Source: a virus (taxonomy: Duplodnaviria; Caudoviricetes). From it: a DNA stretch of 64,000 nt. This document shows positions 1 to 8,895 of this stretch, one piece after another. The stretch is taken from IMG/VR virus record IMGVR_UViG_3300037400_003293, positions 1,206-65,205 of that record, one strand, 5' to 3'. The position numbers were made by a program, and so were the translations under genes. The notes under the pieces are model-generated. The model was given only the letters and a program-made list of their open reading frames with translations, searched no databases and had not been told where the DNA came from. Position 1 is the first letter of the stretch, and every line of letters starts with the position of its first letter.

Positions 1-2
1 AC

Positions 3-1511
3 CGAGATGCCACAACCATATCCCGTAGACGCTATATTTACTCGAGCAATGGTGCCATGGTAGCAGCCTACGGGAAGACAAGTTCCTTGCCGAGTGCTTC
101 TAATCGCATCGGGTACATATACCCGAATACATTGGTTACAAATCTCGGTACGGTAACGTCTTCTGGTATTGGTGGATGGGTTCAAATCAATTGCGAAGGC
201 ACAAGTTGCTATCTGTACACGAGTAATCCAGATAACGTGTTGCATACTTCTTCTGACTCCCCTTCTAACTACGGCAATCTTCGAGGTTGGTATTACGACG
301 GGCAAACAGTCACTTATGATTACACTGGTACGGTAGATACGAATGGTGCGGCAACAATTAACATTTATGCGAGTCGAAGCACAACAAGCACAGTCCTGGC
401 TACGCTCAGTAATAATCAAAATATCAGTTGTATGTACCTGCCGAAGAATTATGCGGACGAGTTTATGCCAGTTAAAATTGGTAACACGGAGGGTTATGTG
501 GAATCCAAATACATTGTAGGAACGAATGCTTATTTAGAGCTTCATCCCGATACGCCCGTTATGCAGAGCATCATCATCAATCATGTCTACCAGAATATTA
601 AACTGGAAGACAATTCTACTTACACTAAGTCATATGATGTGACAATGAAAACGGTTCTGAACAGTTCCAAAGTTGTTATTGAAACAGAACCTATGACCGC
701 CACAGCATACCGTAACATTACCACCAACATTGAATCCAGCGAACTTTCAAAATACCTCAGTCGTATCAATTATTTCTACGGAAAAATGGCGGTTGCCGGG
801 ATCACAGAGGGTATAAGGAACCACAAAGTCGAATTCACAGTTTCTTATTCTAACGGTAACGCTAATACCTATATTGCAGAAATTGAGGTGAAGAATGACG
901 TGCAGGCTGAAACTTATGATTATTATGGGTTTGTCTATGCATATTCCGGAAAGACGGTAAATATGCGCAGTGAGCCAAGCAAATCGTCAACTGTTGTTTA
1001 TCAGGTTCCGGTAAATTCCAGGATTGCCTGTAAGTACGATCCTGCTGAATATGCAGGTGTCGAAGAAGGCGATACGGCTGAGTGGATGCCGGTGCAGTAT
1101 GATGGATATACAGGTTATATGCAGGCTAAGTACATTCGGACGACTAACGCCTATGATGAAGATCCTGGCGGAGAGAGCGAAGACAAGAAGCCTTCGTCGG
1201 TTACCATTGATCGCATTATCTATGAAGGTACAGCAAATGGCTCCGTTGTCGTAAAATTGAAAGACACTTCTTCAGCTCTTCCGCATAAACTAACAGCCGT
1301 CAACAAAACTGAGTATATGATCGCCGCAAGGAGAGCAAACGCGGAAATGGCCACGTATTTCGAGAAGGCCGACGATGCTGGACATTATGCTTGGCACTCA
1401 CATACCGCTCCTTCTTCGTCTATTTTGGCCATTGTGGTGTGTCTTGTTGTGAGATACCAAGACGGCGTTACTAAAGACCTGTTCATTAAGGCCACTAGTT
1501 TCCCACATTAA
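3..1511 (+). CDS. C-terminal part of a large tail-associated protein with SH3b-like cell-wall-binding domains (5'-partial)
   Basis: The frame is open from position 3 (RDATTISRRRYIYSSNGAM...). It has two SH3b-like modules (INIYASRSTTSTVLATL...GYVESKYI; VNMRSEPSKSSTVVYQV...GYMQAKYI) and lies upstream of tail and lysis genes. Confidence 0.65.
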   Translation, partial: RDATTISRRRYIYSSNGAMVAAYGKTSSLPSASNRIGYIYPNTLVTNLGTVTSSGIGGWVQINCEGTSCYLYTSNPDNVLHTSSDSPSNYGNLRGWYYDGQTVTYDYTGTVDTNGAATINIYASRSTTSTVLATLSNNQNISCMYLPKNYADEFMPVKIGNTEGYVESKYIVGTNAYLELHPDTPVMQSIIINHVYQNIKLEDNSTYTKSYDVTMKTVLNSSKVVIETEPMTATAYRNITTNIESSELSKYLSRINYFYGKMAVAGITEGIRNHKVEFTVSYSNGNANTYIAEIEVKNDVQAETYDYYGFVYAYSGKTVNMRSEPSKSSTVVYQVPVNSRIACKYDPAEYAGVEEGDTAEWMPVQYDGYTGYMQAKYIRTTNAYDEDPGGESEDKKPSSVTIDRIIYEGTANGSVVVKLKDTSSALPHKLTAVNKTEYMIAARRANAEMATYFEKADDAGHYAWHSHTAPSSSILAIVVCLVVRYQDGVTKDLFIKATSFPH

Positions 1512-1529
1512 CCGCTAAGGAGGCCTCCT

Positions 1530-1937
1530 ATGACTATTGAGCTCGCAGACGGTACAAAGTTAGAAGGTGTCATTAGCCATTACCAAAACCAGATCTGGAT
1601 CGAGACATCTGTTGAGGTGGCGACAGCGCAGCTCGTAAATCTGCTCAATCCGGAAAAGACCAAGGTCATCACTGAGCATTGGCCGGCACAGGACAAGATC
1701 TATACCGGCTTTACTCGGTGTGACCAGGTCCGAATCAAAGAAGATGGCCATGCTTTGATCTACCTGACAGGGGTCGATGATGCCAAGGTAGAAGAGTATT
1801 GGACCATAGACGAAACCTATTTACCAAAGGAATTCAGAAAGGAGCAAAATCAAAATGGAAGTGAACAAGACGTCGGAAGCGGTACAGATGACGCTGGATC
1901 TGCTGAAAACAGTGAGCCTGCCGGTGGCAACTCTTGA
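1530..1937 (+). CDS. Hypothetical phage protein
   Basis: 135-aa ORF preceded by the RBS AAGGAGG at about 1517-1523. Confidence 0.65.
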   Translation: MTIELADGTKLEGVISHYQNQIWIETSVEVATAQLVNLLNPEKTKVITEHWPAQDKIYTGFTRCDQVRIKEDGHALIYLTGVDDAKVEEYWTIDETYLPKEFRKEQNQNGSEQDVGSGTDDAGSAENSEPAGGNS

Positions 1938-2124
1938 AACCGAGGGCAATAAACTGCTGGTGGCCGTCCACAATCTGGAGCTGGTGCATAAGGCTGTTTC
2001 TGCTATGGAAGAGCAGGTGGACAATCTCGAAGAAGAGATCAACATCCTTAAAACGGAACTTCAGAGAAAGTCCGCTTCTACTCAGGATCAATCCGAAGAT
2101 CAGCAAGAATCTGCCGCTGAGTAA
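1855..2124 (+). CDS. Small coiled-coil protein
   Basis: RBS AAAGGAG at about 1839-1845. Heptad-like LELVHKAVSAMEEQVDNLEEEINILKTEL. Overlaps the upstream gene by 83 nt. Confidence 0.55.
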   Translation: MEVNKTSEAVQMTLDLLKTVSLPVATLETEGNKLLVAVHNLELVHKAVSAMEEQVDNLEEEINILKTELQRKSASTQDQSEDQQESAAE

Positions 2125-2142
2125 GCGGATATCGGAAAGGGG

Positions 2143-2904
2143 ATGAGACCATTGACCTACTATGAAGGAGCTCACGCGATTGCCTTTTCGTCATTGGACG
2201 ACTCTGCAACCCGGAATACCTGGGAAGACTGGTACCTCATTCCCATTTCCAGACCGACCATGAGCATTCCCGGAGCGCAGAGCAAGTTTGTCGAGATTCC
2301 CGGCATGGACGGCAGCTATGATATTAGTGACTATCTGCGTTCGGACACGGCCTTTGCCGACCGTAGTGGAAGTTTCGAGTTTGTGGTGGATAATGACCAT
2401 GCTGAATGGCTGACGATCTACCGCTCTGTCGTTACTTTTCTGCACGGTCAGAGGCTCAAGATGATTCTAACGGATGATCCGGAATGGTATTACGTGGGTC
2501 GGTTTACCGTAGATGAGTGGAAGAGCGAGCCCGCCCGGAGCAAGATTACCATCAGTTACCGGGTGGCCCCGTTCAAATACTCTATCTACGCAGACTTTGC
2601 TCAGAATGTTCTGTGGGATCCGTTCTGCTTCGAGCGGGATATGGATTATAGCGTTCTGTACCACATTCAACTGAATAGCGAGACCAGGACTTATGATATC
2701 GAGGGCTATGGTGTCCGGAATGTCGTCCTGGTCAAACTGGTGAGCGGATCTGGCGGTACGGCTTCCTTTGGCAGTGTTACCAAGCAGGTGAATACCGTTG
2801 GTGTGGAGGTTACTCTCGGCACCGGAAGCCGTATCGGCACAGATCCGCTGACGATTACTGGTACCGGCGTATTTGACGTCGGCTGGCGTAAGGCCAGTCT
2901 GTAA
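2143..2904 (+). CDS. Distal tail (Dit)-like protein
   Basis: Motifs NTWEDWYLIP..RP, VEIPGMDG, LHGQRLKMILTDDPEWYYVGRF and PFKY are typical of Firmicutes siphophage Dit proteins (recall). Confidence 0.75.
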   Translation: MRPLTYYEGAHAIAFSSLDDSATRNTWEDWYLIPISRPTMSIPGAQSKFVEIPGMDGSYDISDYLRSDTAFADRSGSFEFVVDNDHAEWLTIYRSVVTFLHGQRLKMILTDDPEWYYVGRFTVDEWKSEPARSKITISYRVAPFKYSIYADFAQNVLWDPFCFERDMDYSVLYHIQLNSETRTYDIEGYGVRNVVLVKLVSGSGGTASFGSVTKQVNTVGVEVTLGTGSRIGTDPLTITGTGVFDVGWRKASL

Positions 2905-2950
2905 CCGAAATGGAGGAAGTAAAAAGCTATGATATTCCATTGGACAGGGG

Positions 2951-3406
2951 GTGTCGAATATGCCAACCGTTGAGAATTTTACACCACAGGTATTGTGGAC
3001 CACCATCTATGGCCTGTTTGCACTGTGTCTGTTGTTCATGGTTGCATACAAGGTCTATGATGCTGTGCATACCATTCTCGAACGCCGGCGGCAAAAACGG
3101 GAATCGGAAAAGCCCGACTTTGCTGAAGCCGTCAGCCGCAAGGTTATCGAGAAACTGGAGCCTCGATTTAACGAGATCGAGAAGAATCTGGCACGTGACA
3201 AAGCTCGGCTGGATAATCATGAGTCATTTATTACCGACATACGAACATCCCAGCAGGACACACGGGAAGGATTAGCAGCCATTTGTAGATATCTGTTGGC
3301 CATCGCTCAATTTGGTAACATCAGTACCGACAGCAAGGAAATGCGGGAAGCAACCGCAGAAATGAATGCCTATTTGGTATCGAAGCTTGGAGGGAGATCA
3401 AAATGA
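2951..3406 (+). CDS. Membrane-anchored coiled-coil protein (holin-adjacent)
   Basis: N-terminal TM helix (VLWTTIYGLFALCLLFMVAY) followed by a coiled coil; directly upstream of the holin. Confidence 0.6.
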   Translation: MSNMPTVENFTPQVLWTTIYGLFALCLLFMVAYKVYDAVHTILERRRQKRESEKPDFAEAVSRKVIEKLEPRFNEIEKNLARDKARLDNHESFITDIRTSQQDTREGLAAICRYLLAIAQFGNISTDSKEMREATAEMNAYLVSKLGGRSK

Positions 3407-3660
3407 AGGTAAATTGGAGTGTACGTTTCAAGAACGGCGTCTGGCTGAGCTGCTTTTTGTGCAGCCTGGTAACTTTTGTGTACAACGTTCTGGCTATGTT
3501 TGATATTTTTCCGACTGTCACCCAGAACACCGTCATCCAGATCATCGACAATGTTCTGTTGTTCCTGAGCATGATCGGCGTTATTACCGACCCGACGACG
3601 GCTGGGCTGAACGATAGCGAGCGGGCAATGAGTTACACGGAGCCTTGGTCGGACGGCTGA
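3403..3660 (+). CDS. Phage holin (phi LC3-like family)
   Basis: 85 aa; N-terminal MKVNWSVRFKN, two TM segments and C-terminal GVITDPTTAGLNDSERAMSYTEP, the signature of this holin family. Confidence 0.85.
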   Translation: MKVNWSVRFKNGVWLSCFLCSLVTFVYNVLAMFDIFPTVTQNTVIQIIDNVLLFLSMIGVITDPTTAGLNDSERAMSYTEPWSDG

Positions 3661-3661
3661 T

Positions 3662-4039
3662 ATGTGGATTAACGCAAATCCCAATCCGAAGCGCAGAACA
3701 GGTACGGACTGTGTAATCCGGGCAATTTGTTTTGCCTTCGACATGAGCTGGTATGACGTTTATGATGACCTCTGCAGAGTCGGACGCATGGATTGTGAAT
3801 GGGGATGCAACGACACTGTATGGGGTCATTATCTTTTAATGCGAGGATGTACGCCGGTTGTCCTGCCAAAGAAATGCCCGCGCTGCATAGCGATTGCAGA
3901 ATTTGCCAACCAGCATCCTCGTGGAACCTACATCATCGGCACTGGTGGCCATGCTGTTGCTGTGATTGACGGCGATTACTATGACAGTTGGGACTCCGGT
4001 GACGAACTCTCTTCGTTTTTCTGGAAAGTGCCAAGATAA
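3662..4039 (+). CDS. Conserved phage protein with a putative Cys-His-Asp (papain-like) triad
   Basis: DCVIRAIC ... GHAVAVIDGDYYDSWDSG. Confidence 0.55.
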   Translation: MWINANPNPKRRTGTDCVIRAICFAFDMSWYDVYDDLCRVGRMDCEWGCNDTVWGHYLLMRGCTPVVLPKKCPRCIAIAEFANQHPRGTYIIGTGGHAVAVIDGDYYDSWDSGDELSSFFWKVPR

Positions 4040-4054
4040 GAAAGGAGAATAGTC

Positions 4055-4528
4055 ATGGCGTATAACATGTATGGCCAATCCGGATGGAACCCCCAGCAGC
4101 AAATGGGGATGCCTCAGTACAGTTACGGCCAACAGCCAGTGCAGCCAATGCAACAGAGCTTTGCAAACACTCCGGCTATGATTCCTCAGAAACCAGCCTT
4201 TGTCGACGGCGAAATGGCTGCCAGGGCGTTCCAGCTGCCGGAAAATTGGCCTCCGATGGTTCCTCTTTATCTGTGGGACGTGAGCGGCGACGTCTTTTAT
4301 ATGAAGATGATCGGTCAGAACGGCGTACCTATGCCTCTTAGGATTTTCGATTTCAGGGAAAGAGAACCTGCTCCTGCCGGTTATCTGTCCGGAAATGCCG
4401 GCCCGGATATGTCCCAGTATGTTACCAAGAATGACCTGGATCAGCGGTTTAATGAACTGAAGCAGATGATGCAGAGCAATCAAAATGGAGTCAATAACCA
4501 GCAGCAGAATCGAGGTGCTACCAGATGA
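4055..4528 (+). CDS. Q/M/P-rich hypothetical protein
   Basis: RBS GAAAGGAG; low-complexity Gln-rich termini around a core LWDVSGDVFYMKMIGQNGVPMPLRIFDF. Confidence 0.7.
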   Translation: MAYNMYGQSGWNPQQQMGMPQYSYGQQPVQPMQQSFANTPAMIPQKPAFVDGEMAARAFQLPENWPPMVPLYLWDVSGDVFYMKMIGQNGVPMPLRIFDFREREPAPAGYLSGNAGPDMSQYVTKNDLDQRFNELKQMMQSNQNGVNNQQQNRGATR

Positions 4529-4791
4529 GTACCATGTTTAACATGTTCGGTGGGGCTCCCATGACGCCTCAGGCTGCTCAAGCACCTCAGGGGCCTCTGT
4601 CTTTTCAGCAGAAGGTGAATATGGTGCAGCAGGCCATGAACAACCCGCTGATGATCATCCGTCAGAAGTTCCCGGATATTCCTGCGGACATGACGGACCC
4701 AAATCAGATCTATGGATATTTACAACAGACAAGAGGAGTCCCCCCGCAGTTTGCTCAGCAGCTGATGGGGATGTTTGGAGGGATGAGATAA
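4525..4791 (+). CDS. Q/M-rich small hypothetical protein
   Basis: 88-aa ORF translationally coupled to the upstream gene (ATGA overlap). Confidence 0.65.
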   Translation: MSTMFNMFGGAPMTPQAAQAPQGPLSFQQKVNMVQQAMNNPLMIIRQKFPDIPADMTDPNQIYGYLQQTRGVPPQFAQQLMGMFGGMR

Positions 4792-4792
4792 T

Positions 4793-7700
4793 ATGGCCGG
4801 AATCGCGAACGATGTAAAACAGATCCGCCAGGCTTTGTACGGACGGGAGGTCCGGGAAGCGATTGCTCATGGCATTGAGCAGTGCTATTCGGACGTTACC
4901 GCCAGTAAGACCGTAGCGGATACTGCTGCTGCAGCCGCCAATACGGCCACTCAGAACGCTCAAACCGCCACACAGCAGGCCAACCAGGCCCGGGATAATG
5001 CCCAGGCGGTGGCGGATGGGGTTGTCAACCAGTCGATTACGGCTATCAATGACGCGGCAGCCCAGCAGCGGCAGAGTGTCAATGACCTCGGAGACCAGCT
5101 GAAGTCATACATGTCAGAGCATTACAGCGAGACCATTACGAAGGCCGAAGCCAAGGCCAACCGTTCCTCCGTCTCCACAGTCAAACACGCCATTGGTGCG
5201 GACGGGAAGCTGATTCTGACAGATGCTCTGAATGAACCGGCGAAGAAGATGATGATCCATCTGAAACCGAAGCAGGATCTCCACGGATATGATCGTCCGT
5301 GGATTGGCGGTAGTGGGAAGAATTTATTACCAAGTGGCATTGGAAATGGAAGTTATGCAGGCCTTACATGGACAACCAATTCAGATGGTTCCGTTACCTT
5401 GGATGGCACAACAACAGAACAGGTTTGGAACAAATTGTATTTCACAAAAGACTTAACTTTGAAAACCGGAACATATAGGTTTTTAATGAGCGGTGCTTCT
5501 GTTAACGCAAGAATGACGTTCCAAATTGCTAACAAAGCTGAAAACGACCAGTTGTTTGGCACCAGTGGCTCAGATAATACTTTTACGGTTACATCAGATT
5601 ATGTCAATAACATGGTCGCTCGCTTTATTGTTCCAGCAGGAAAGACCTTCGCCAAAGAGACCTTTTTTCCTATGATAATGATCGCTACCGAACCTAATAC
5701 CAACTACGAACCCTACGCCAACGTCTGCCCGATTGAAGGATTTGATGTGGTGGAAGTAGTCAGTACTGGAAAGAATCTGTTTCTGCCGAACAACTGGGCG
5801 AAAGGTTCCATCAACATGTCCGGTAACAACTTTGCCAGTGACTACGGAATCAGGCAGGTTGATTTTCACCATATTGATCCTGATGCTGATTACACATTTT
5901 CTGCCAGCGGCGCATCGGATGACTGTGCATTGTTCGTCTATGACAAAAATTATAACCTTTCTGTTAGATTCCAGTTATGGTCTATTTCTAACGGCAATGG
6001 CCATTATGCTTCTTTTAGAACGCCAAGCGACGCTGCATATTACAAGGTTCGTCTGACAGGTTCTGATTACAGGCCCGACAGGAATATGAACATGCAGTTG
6101 GAGTATGGAACAACGGCCACGGATTATGAACCGTATCATGGCAACACCGTGAATGTCAACCTCATCTCCTCCGCTGGTTCCACAGTCTACGGTGGCACCG
6201 TAACGGTGAATGAGGACGGAAGCGGTACATTAGTTGTGGATACATGCATCGAGGACATGGGTGAAATTAATTGGAGTTATAATGATGATGGCCGTTTCAA
6301 AGGCGCGATGAAAAACCAAATCAAAGGCTATGGCACTTCAGACGCAAGGACCATTGACTTTGCTTGCTCTTGCTATGATGTTCTTAGTGATGGCAGTCCA
6401 TACAATGGAGCTTTAAACGGCGTAATATATTATGCAGCAACTATGTTATGGACACAAGACAATAGATATACAGATTCTGCGCAATACAAATCAGCTATGT
6501 CTGGCCAAACAGTCGCATATCCATTAAATGATCCCGTCACATACCAATTAACTGCTACACAAATTCAAACGGTCATCGGTACAAATCATATCTGGACAGA
6601 CGGAACCAGTTTGGAGCTTGACTACCACGCTGATAGATATGGCAAAGTTGAACGCCTCTTAGCCGCTTTTCCAAAAGATACCGTTGCTGGTGATTTTGCC
6701 ACTTTCACAGATGGTGCCGATGGTTTGCCTGTTGAAAGCCTGACAGCGAATATTGAGCCGAAACAATACTTACATGGTTATGATCATCCGTGGGTTGGCG
6801 GTGCAGGAAAGAACCTTCTTCGTTCTTTTACTAATAACTCATTCTTGGTAACTGGAATCAGGATCCGTACATTGGATGACGGTTCGCTTTGGGTATCTGG
6901 AAAAGCAACCGATACAGTTGAGGCGAGTTTTGTTAGAGTGCCAAGGGATACAACAAAAACATATTTTGTCAATGGATGTCCGTCAGGTGGAAGTACGTCT
7001 TCATATCGAATCATTGTTCGCTTGTTTGAAGGTAATTTAATGGTCGGAACGCTATCTGACATCGGGAATGGTCTCGTTATCCCTCCGAGTGAACAACCGA
7101 CGGCAACAGAAATGCGTGTCGGGATTTGGGTCAACAACGGTTATACAGTGACTGGCATGAATTTTAAGCCTATGGTGATAGTCGGCGATTCGGCAGAACC
7201 ATATGAGCCATACGAAAATATCTGCCCGATTACAGGATGGGACGATGTGTGGTTTGGAGAAAATCTGTTCCACAAAAAAAATATACTTTTCGGTAAAAAC
7301 TGGATCAATGGTTCGGCTATTAACCGTGCCACCGTGTTTATGCAAATGAAGAAAGGCGCAAAATATTACTATCGCATTGCATATCGCGGGACTGCCTGGG
7401 ATTTAGGTATGGTTTATGGTGAGAATAGCGCTATTGGTCAGGGGCAAACCTTCTCTTGGAACACTGGGATGTCGGTCGATACACTAAATAGTCACACGGT
7501 CACTAATACAAATGCATTCTTACAGTTTCAGTGGAATGATGGCGGTCAGACTGACCCAGTTCAGTTGACAGATATAAACACTTGGGATGTCTTTATAAGC
7601 GAAGTTAGTGATCATCCGACGTCCCAAACAGTACCTGTCAAATCTATCTCAGGCTCCACGGTCTACGGCGGAAAACTTACCATTAAAGGTGACGGAAGCG

Positions 7701-8146
7701 GAGAATTAATAGTTGACAGAGCAATGCTTACAGAATCGTCGTTCGCATCAGTAGTTAGTGGAGTTTCGGCCGGCGGATTGCATTGGACGGATAAACTAGA
7801 TCTTACATATACTATCGGTGATGGAAATTCCATATCGTCTCACTTAATGAAGAAAGAGGGAAATGCCGGATGGGCATCAAAGACCCCATGTTATGACGCT
7901 TCAGATGGAAAAGTTATAAGGGTTTATTGTAAATCTGACAATGTTTCTGATTTCAGGAAAGAGATGGCCGGTTTACAGATATGCTATAAAACAACCCCAG
8001 TAACGTATTCTATGACTACTAATGAGGTTTTTACTCTTCTTGGCTCCAACCACATCTTCTGTGACGCCGGGGAAGTCACTGTCACTTATCATGCAGACCC
8101 GACCCTGTTCATCACTAAAAAGATCGCCCAGGCCCTGAACGCCTGA
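4793..8146 (+). CDS. Tail fibre / receptor-binding-like protein with an internally duplicated module
   Basis: 1117 aa; N-terminal coiled coil, then two copies of PKQxLHGYDxPWxGGxGKNLL...YEPY.N.CPI.G...STVYGG...DGSG.L.VD; AT-richer variable inserts. Confidence 0.6.
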   Translation: MAGIANDVKQIRQALYGREVREAIAHGIEQCYSDVTASKTVADTAAAAANTATQNAQTATQQANQARDNAQAVADGVVNQSITAINDAAAQQRQSVNDLGDQLKSYMSEHYSETITKAEAKANRSSVSTVKHAIGADGKLILTDALNEPAKKMMIHLKPKQDLHGYDRPWIGGSGKNLLPSGIGNGSYAGLTWTTNSDGSVTLDGTTTEQVWNKLYFTKDLTLKTGTYRFLMSGASVNARMTFQIANKAENDQLFGTSGSDNTFTVTSDYVNNMVARFIVPAGKTFAKETFFPMIMIATEPNTNYEPYANVCPIEGFDVVEVVSTGKNLFLPNNWAKGSINMSGNNFASDYGIRQVDFHHIDPDADYTFSASGASDDCALFVYDKNYNLSVRFQLWSISNGNGHYASFRTPSDAAYYKVRLTGSDYRPDRNMNMQLEYGTTATDYEPYHGNTVNVNLISSAGSTVYGGTVTVNEDGSGTLVVDTCIEDMGEINWSYNDDGRFKGAMKNQIKGYGTSDARTIDFACSCYDVLSDGSPYNGALNGVIYYAATMLWTQDNRYTDSAQYKSAMSGQTVAYPLNDPVTYQLTATQIQTVIGTNHIWTDGTSLELDYHADRYGKVERLLAAFPKDTVAGDFATFTDGADGLPVESLTANIEPKQYLHGYDHPWVGGAGKNLLRSFTNNSFLVTGIRIRTLDDGSLWVSGKATDTVEASFVRVPRDTTKTYFVNGCPSGGSTSSYRIIVRLFEGNLMVGTLSDIGNGLVIPPSEQPTATEMRVGIWVNNGYTVTGMNFKPMVIVGDSAEPYEPYENICPITGWDDVWFGENLFHKKNILFGKNWINGSAINRATVFMQMKKGAKYYYRIAYRGTAWDLGMVYGENSAIGQGQTFSWNTGMSVDTLNSHTVTNTNAFLQFQWNDGGQTDPVQLTDINTWDVFISEVSDHPTSQTVPVKSISGSTVYGGKLTIKGDGSGELIVDRAMLTESSFASVVSGVSAGGLHWTDKLDLTYTIGDGNSISSHLMKKEGNAGWASKTPCYDASDGKVIRVYCKSDNVSDFRKEMAGLQICYKTTPVTYSMTTNEVFTLLGSNHIFCDAGEVTVTYHADPTLFITKKIAQALNA

Positions 8147-8158
8147 AGGAGGTAGCAC

Positions 8159-8659
8159 ATGTACAGTTTCATCAAATCCATTATCGAAACTGGAAACTTT
8201 AAACTTTCCGACATGGAAACCCGTATCAAGCGCCTGTACGTCACAGGCGATCTGACGGAGGAACAGGTGCCTGAGCTTCTGGCCCTCGCCGCTGAGAACG
8301 CTTCCGATGCCGCCAATGCCAATCTGTACGACATGGTCATTGATCTGATGCGCCGGGTGGATGCCATTGAGTCCAAGGGCATCACCGTCTGGAACAGCCA
8401 GAACAACATCACCGCCAAAGGTCAGACCCGTCTGTATGATATTGATAAGGATGGTACGCTCGATTACGTCCGCTATGACGGCGGTCGTTCCAGCACCTCC
8501 CTGTCTCCCGGAAAGATCGAAGGCTGGGTAAAGACGGATGCTTCAGGCAACGTCACCCACACCATCAGCCGTGACGCGAACGGTAATATCGTCCTGACTC
8601 CGTATGTAGAGCCGGAACCTGAACCCGAACCCGAACCGACTGAAAACGGAGAGCAGTAA
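8159..8659 (+). CDS. Hypothetical phage protein (tail-associated region)
   Basis: RBS AAGGAGG; 166 aa; C-terminal EPEPEPEP repeat. Confidence 0.7.
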   Translation: MYSFIKSIIETGNFKLSDMETRIKRLYVTGDLTEEQVPELLALAAENASDAANANLYDMVIDLMRRVDAIESKGITVWNSQNNITAKGQTRLYDIDKDGTLDYVRYDGGRSSTSLSPGKIEGWVKTDASGNVTHTISRDANGNIVLTPYVEPEPEPEPEPTENGEQ

Positions 8660-8739
8660 TTGACATTTGAAACCAAAGCCGAGGTTGTAACGACTGGGGC
8701 ACGCCTTAGTTGTAGTTTGTAGGCATTTAAATAGGTGTT

Positions 8740-8861
8740 TAAGCGGTGGCGGAATAGGTAGACGCTTATCTGACTAAGGGAGATAGTACGAGGGCAAGAG
8801 TAATCTGAGTCGGCGACCTATGAATGCTCCCATGTGAGGTGCAAATCCTCACTCGCTTAAC
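8740..8861 (+). ncRNA. tRNA-Leu-like RNA with an expanded anticodon/variable region
   Basis: Acceptor TAAGCGG/TCGCTTA; Leu-type D arm TGGCGGAATAGGTAGACGC; T arm GTGAGG-TGCAAAT-CCTCAC. About 69 nt lie between the D and T arms. No encoded CCA. Confidence 0.6.
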
Positions 8862-8895
8862 TTAAATAATACAATAACTTCACGAAGGAGTAAAA

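Noticed and set aside
4793-8146. Diversity-generating retroelement target
   Set aside because: No reverse transcriptase and no TR/VR pair differing at adenines is seen in the window. The duplication is diverged at the protein level.
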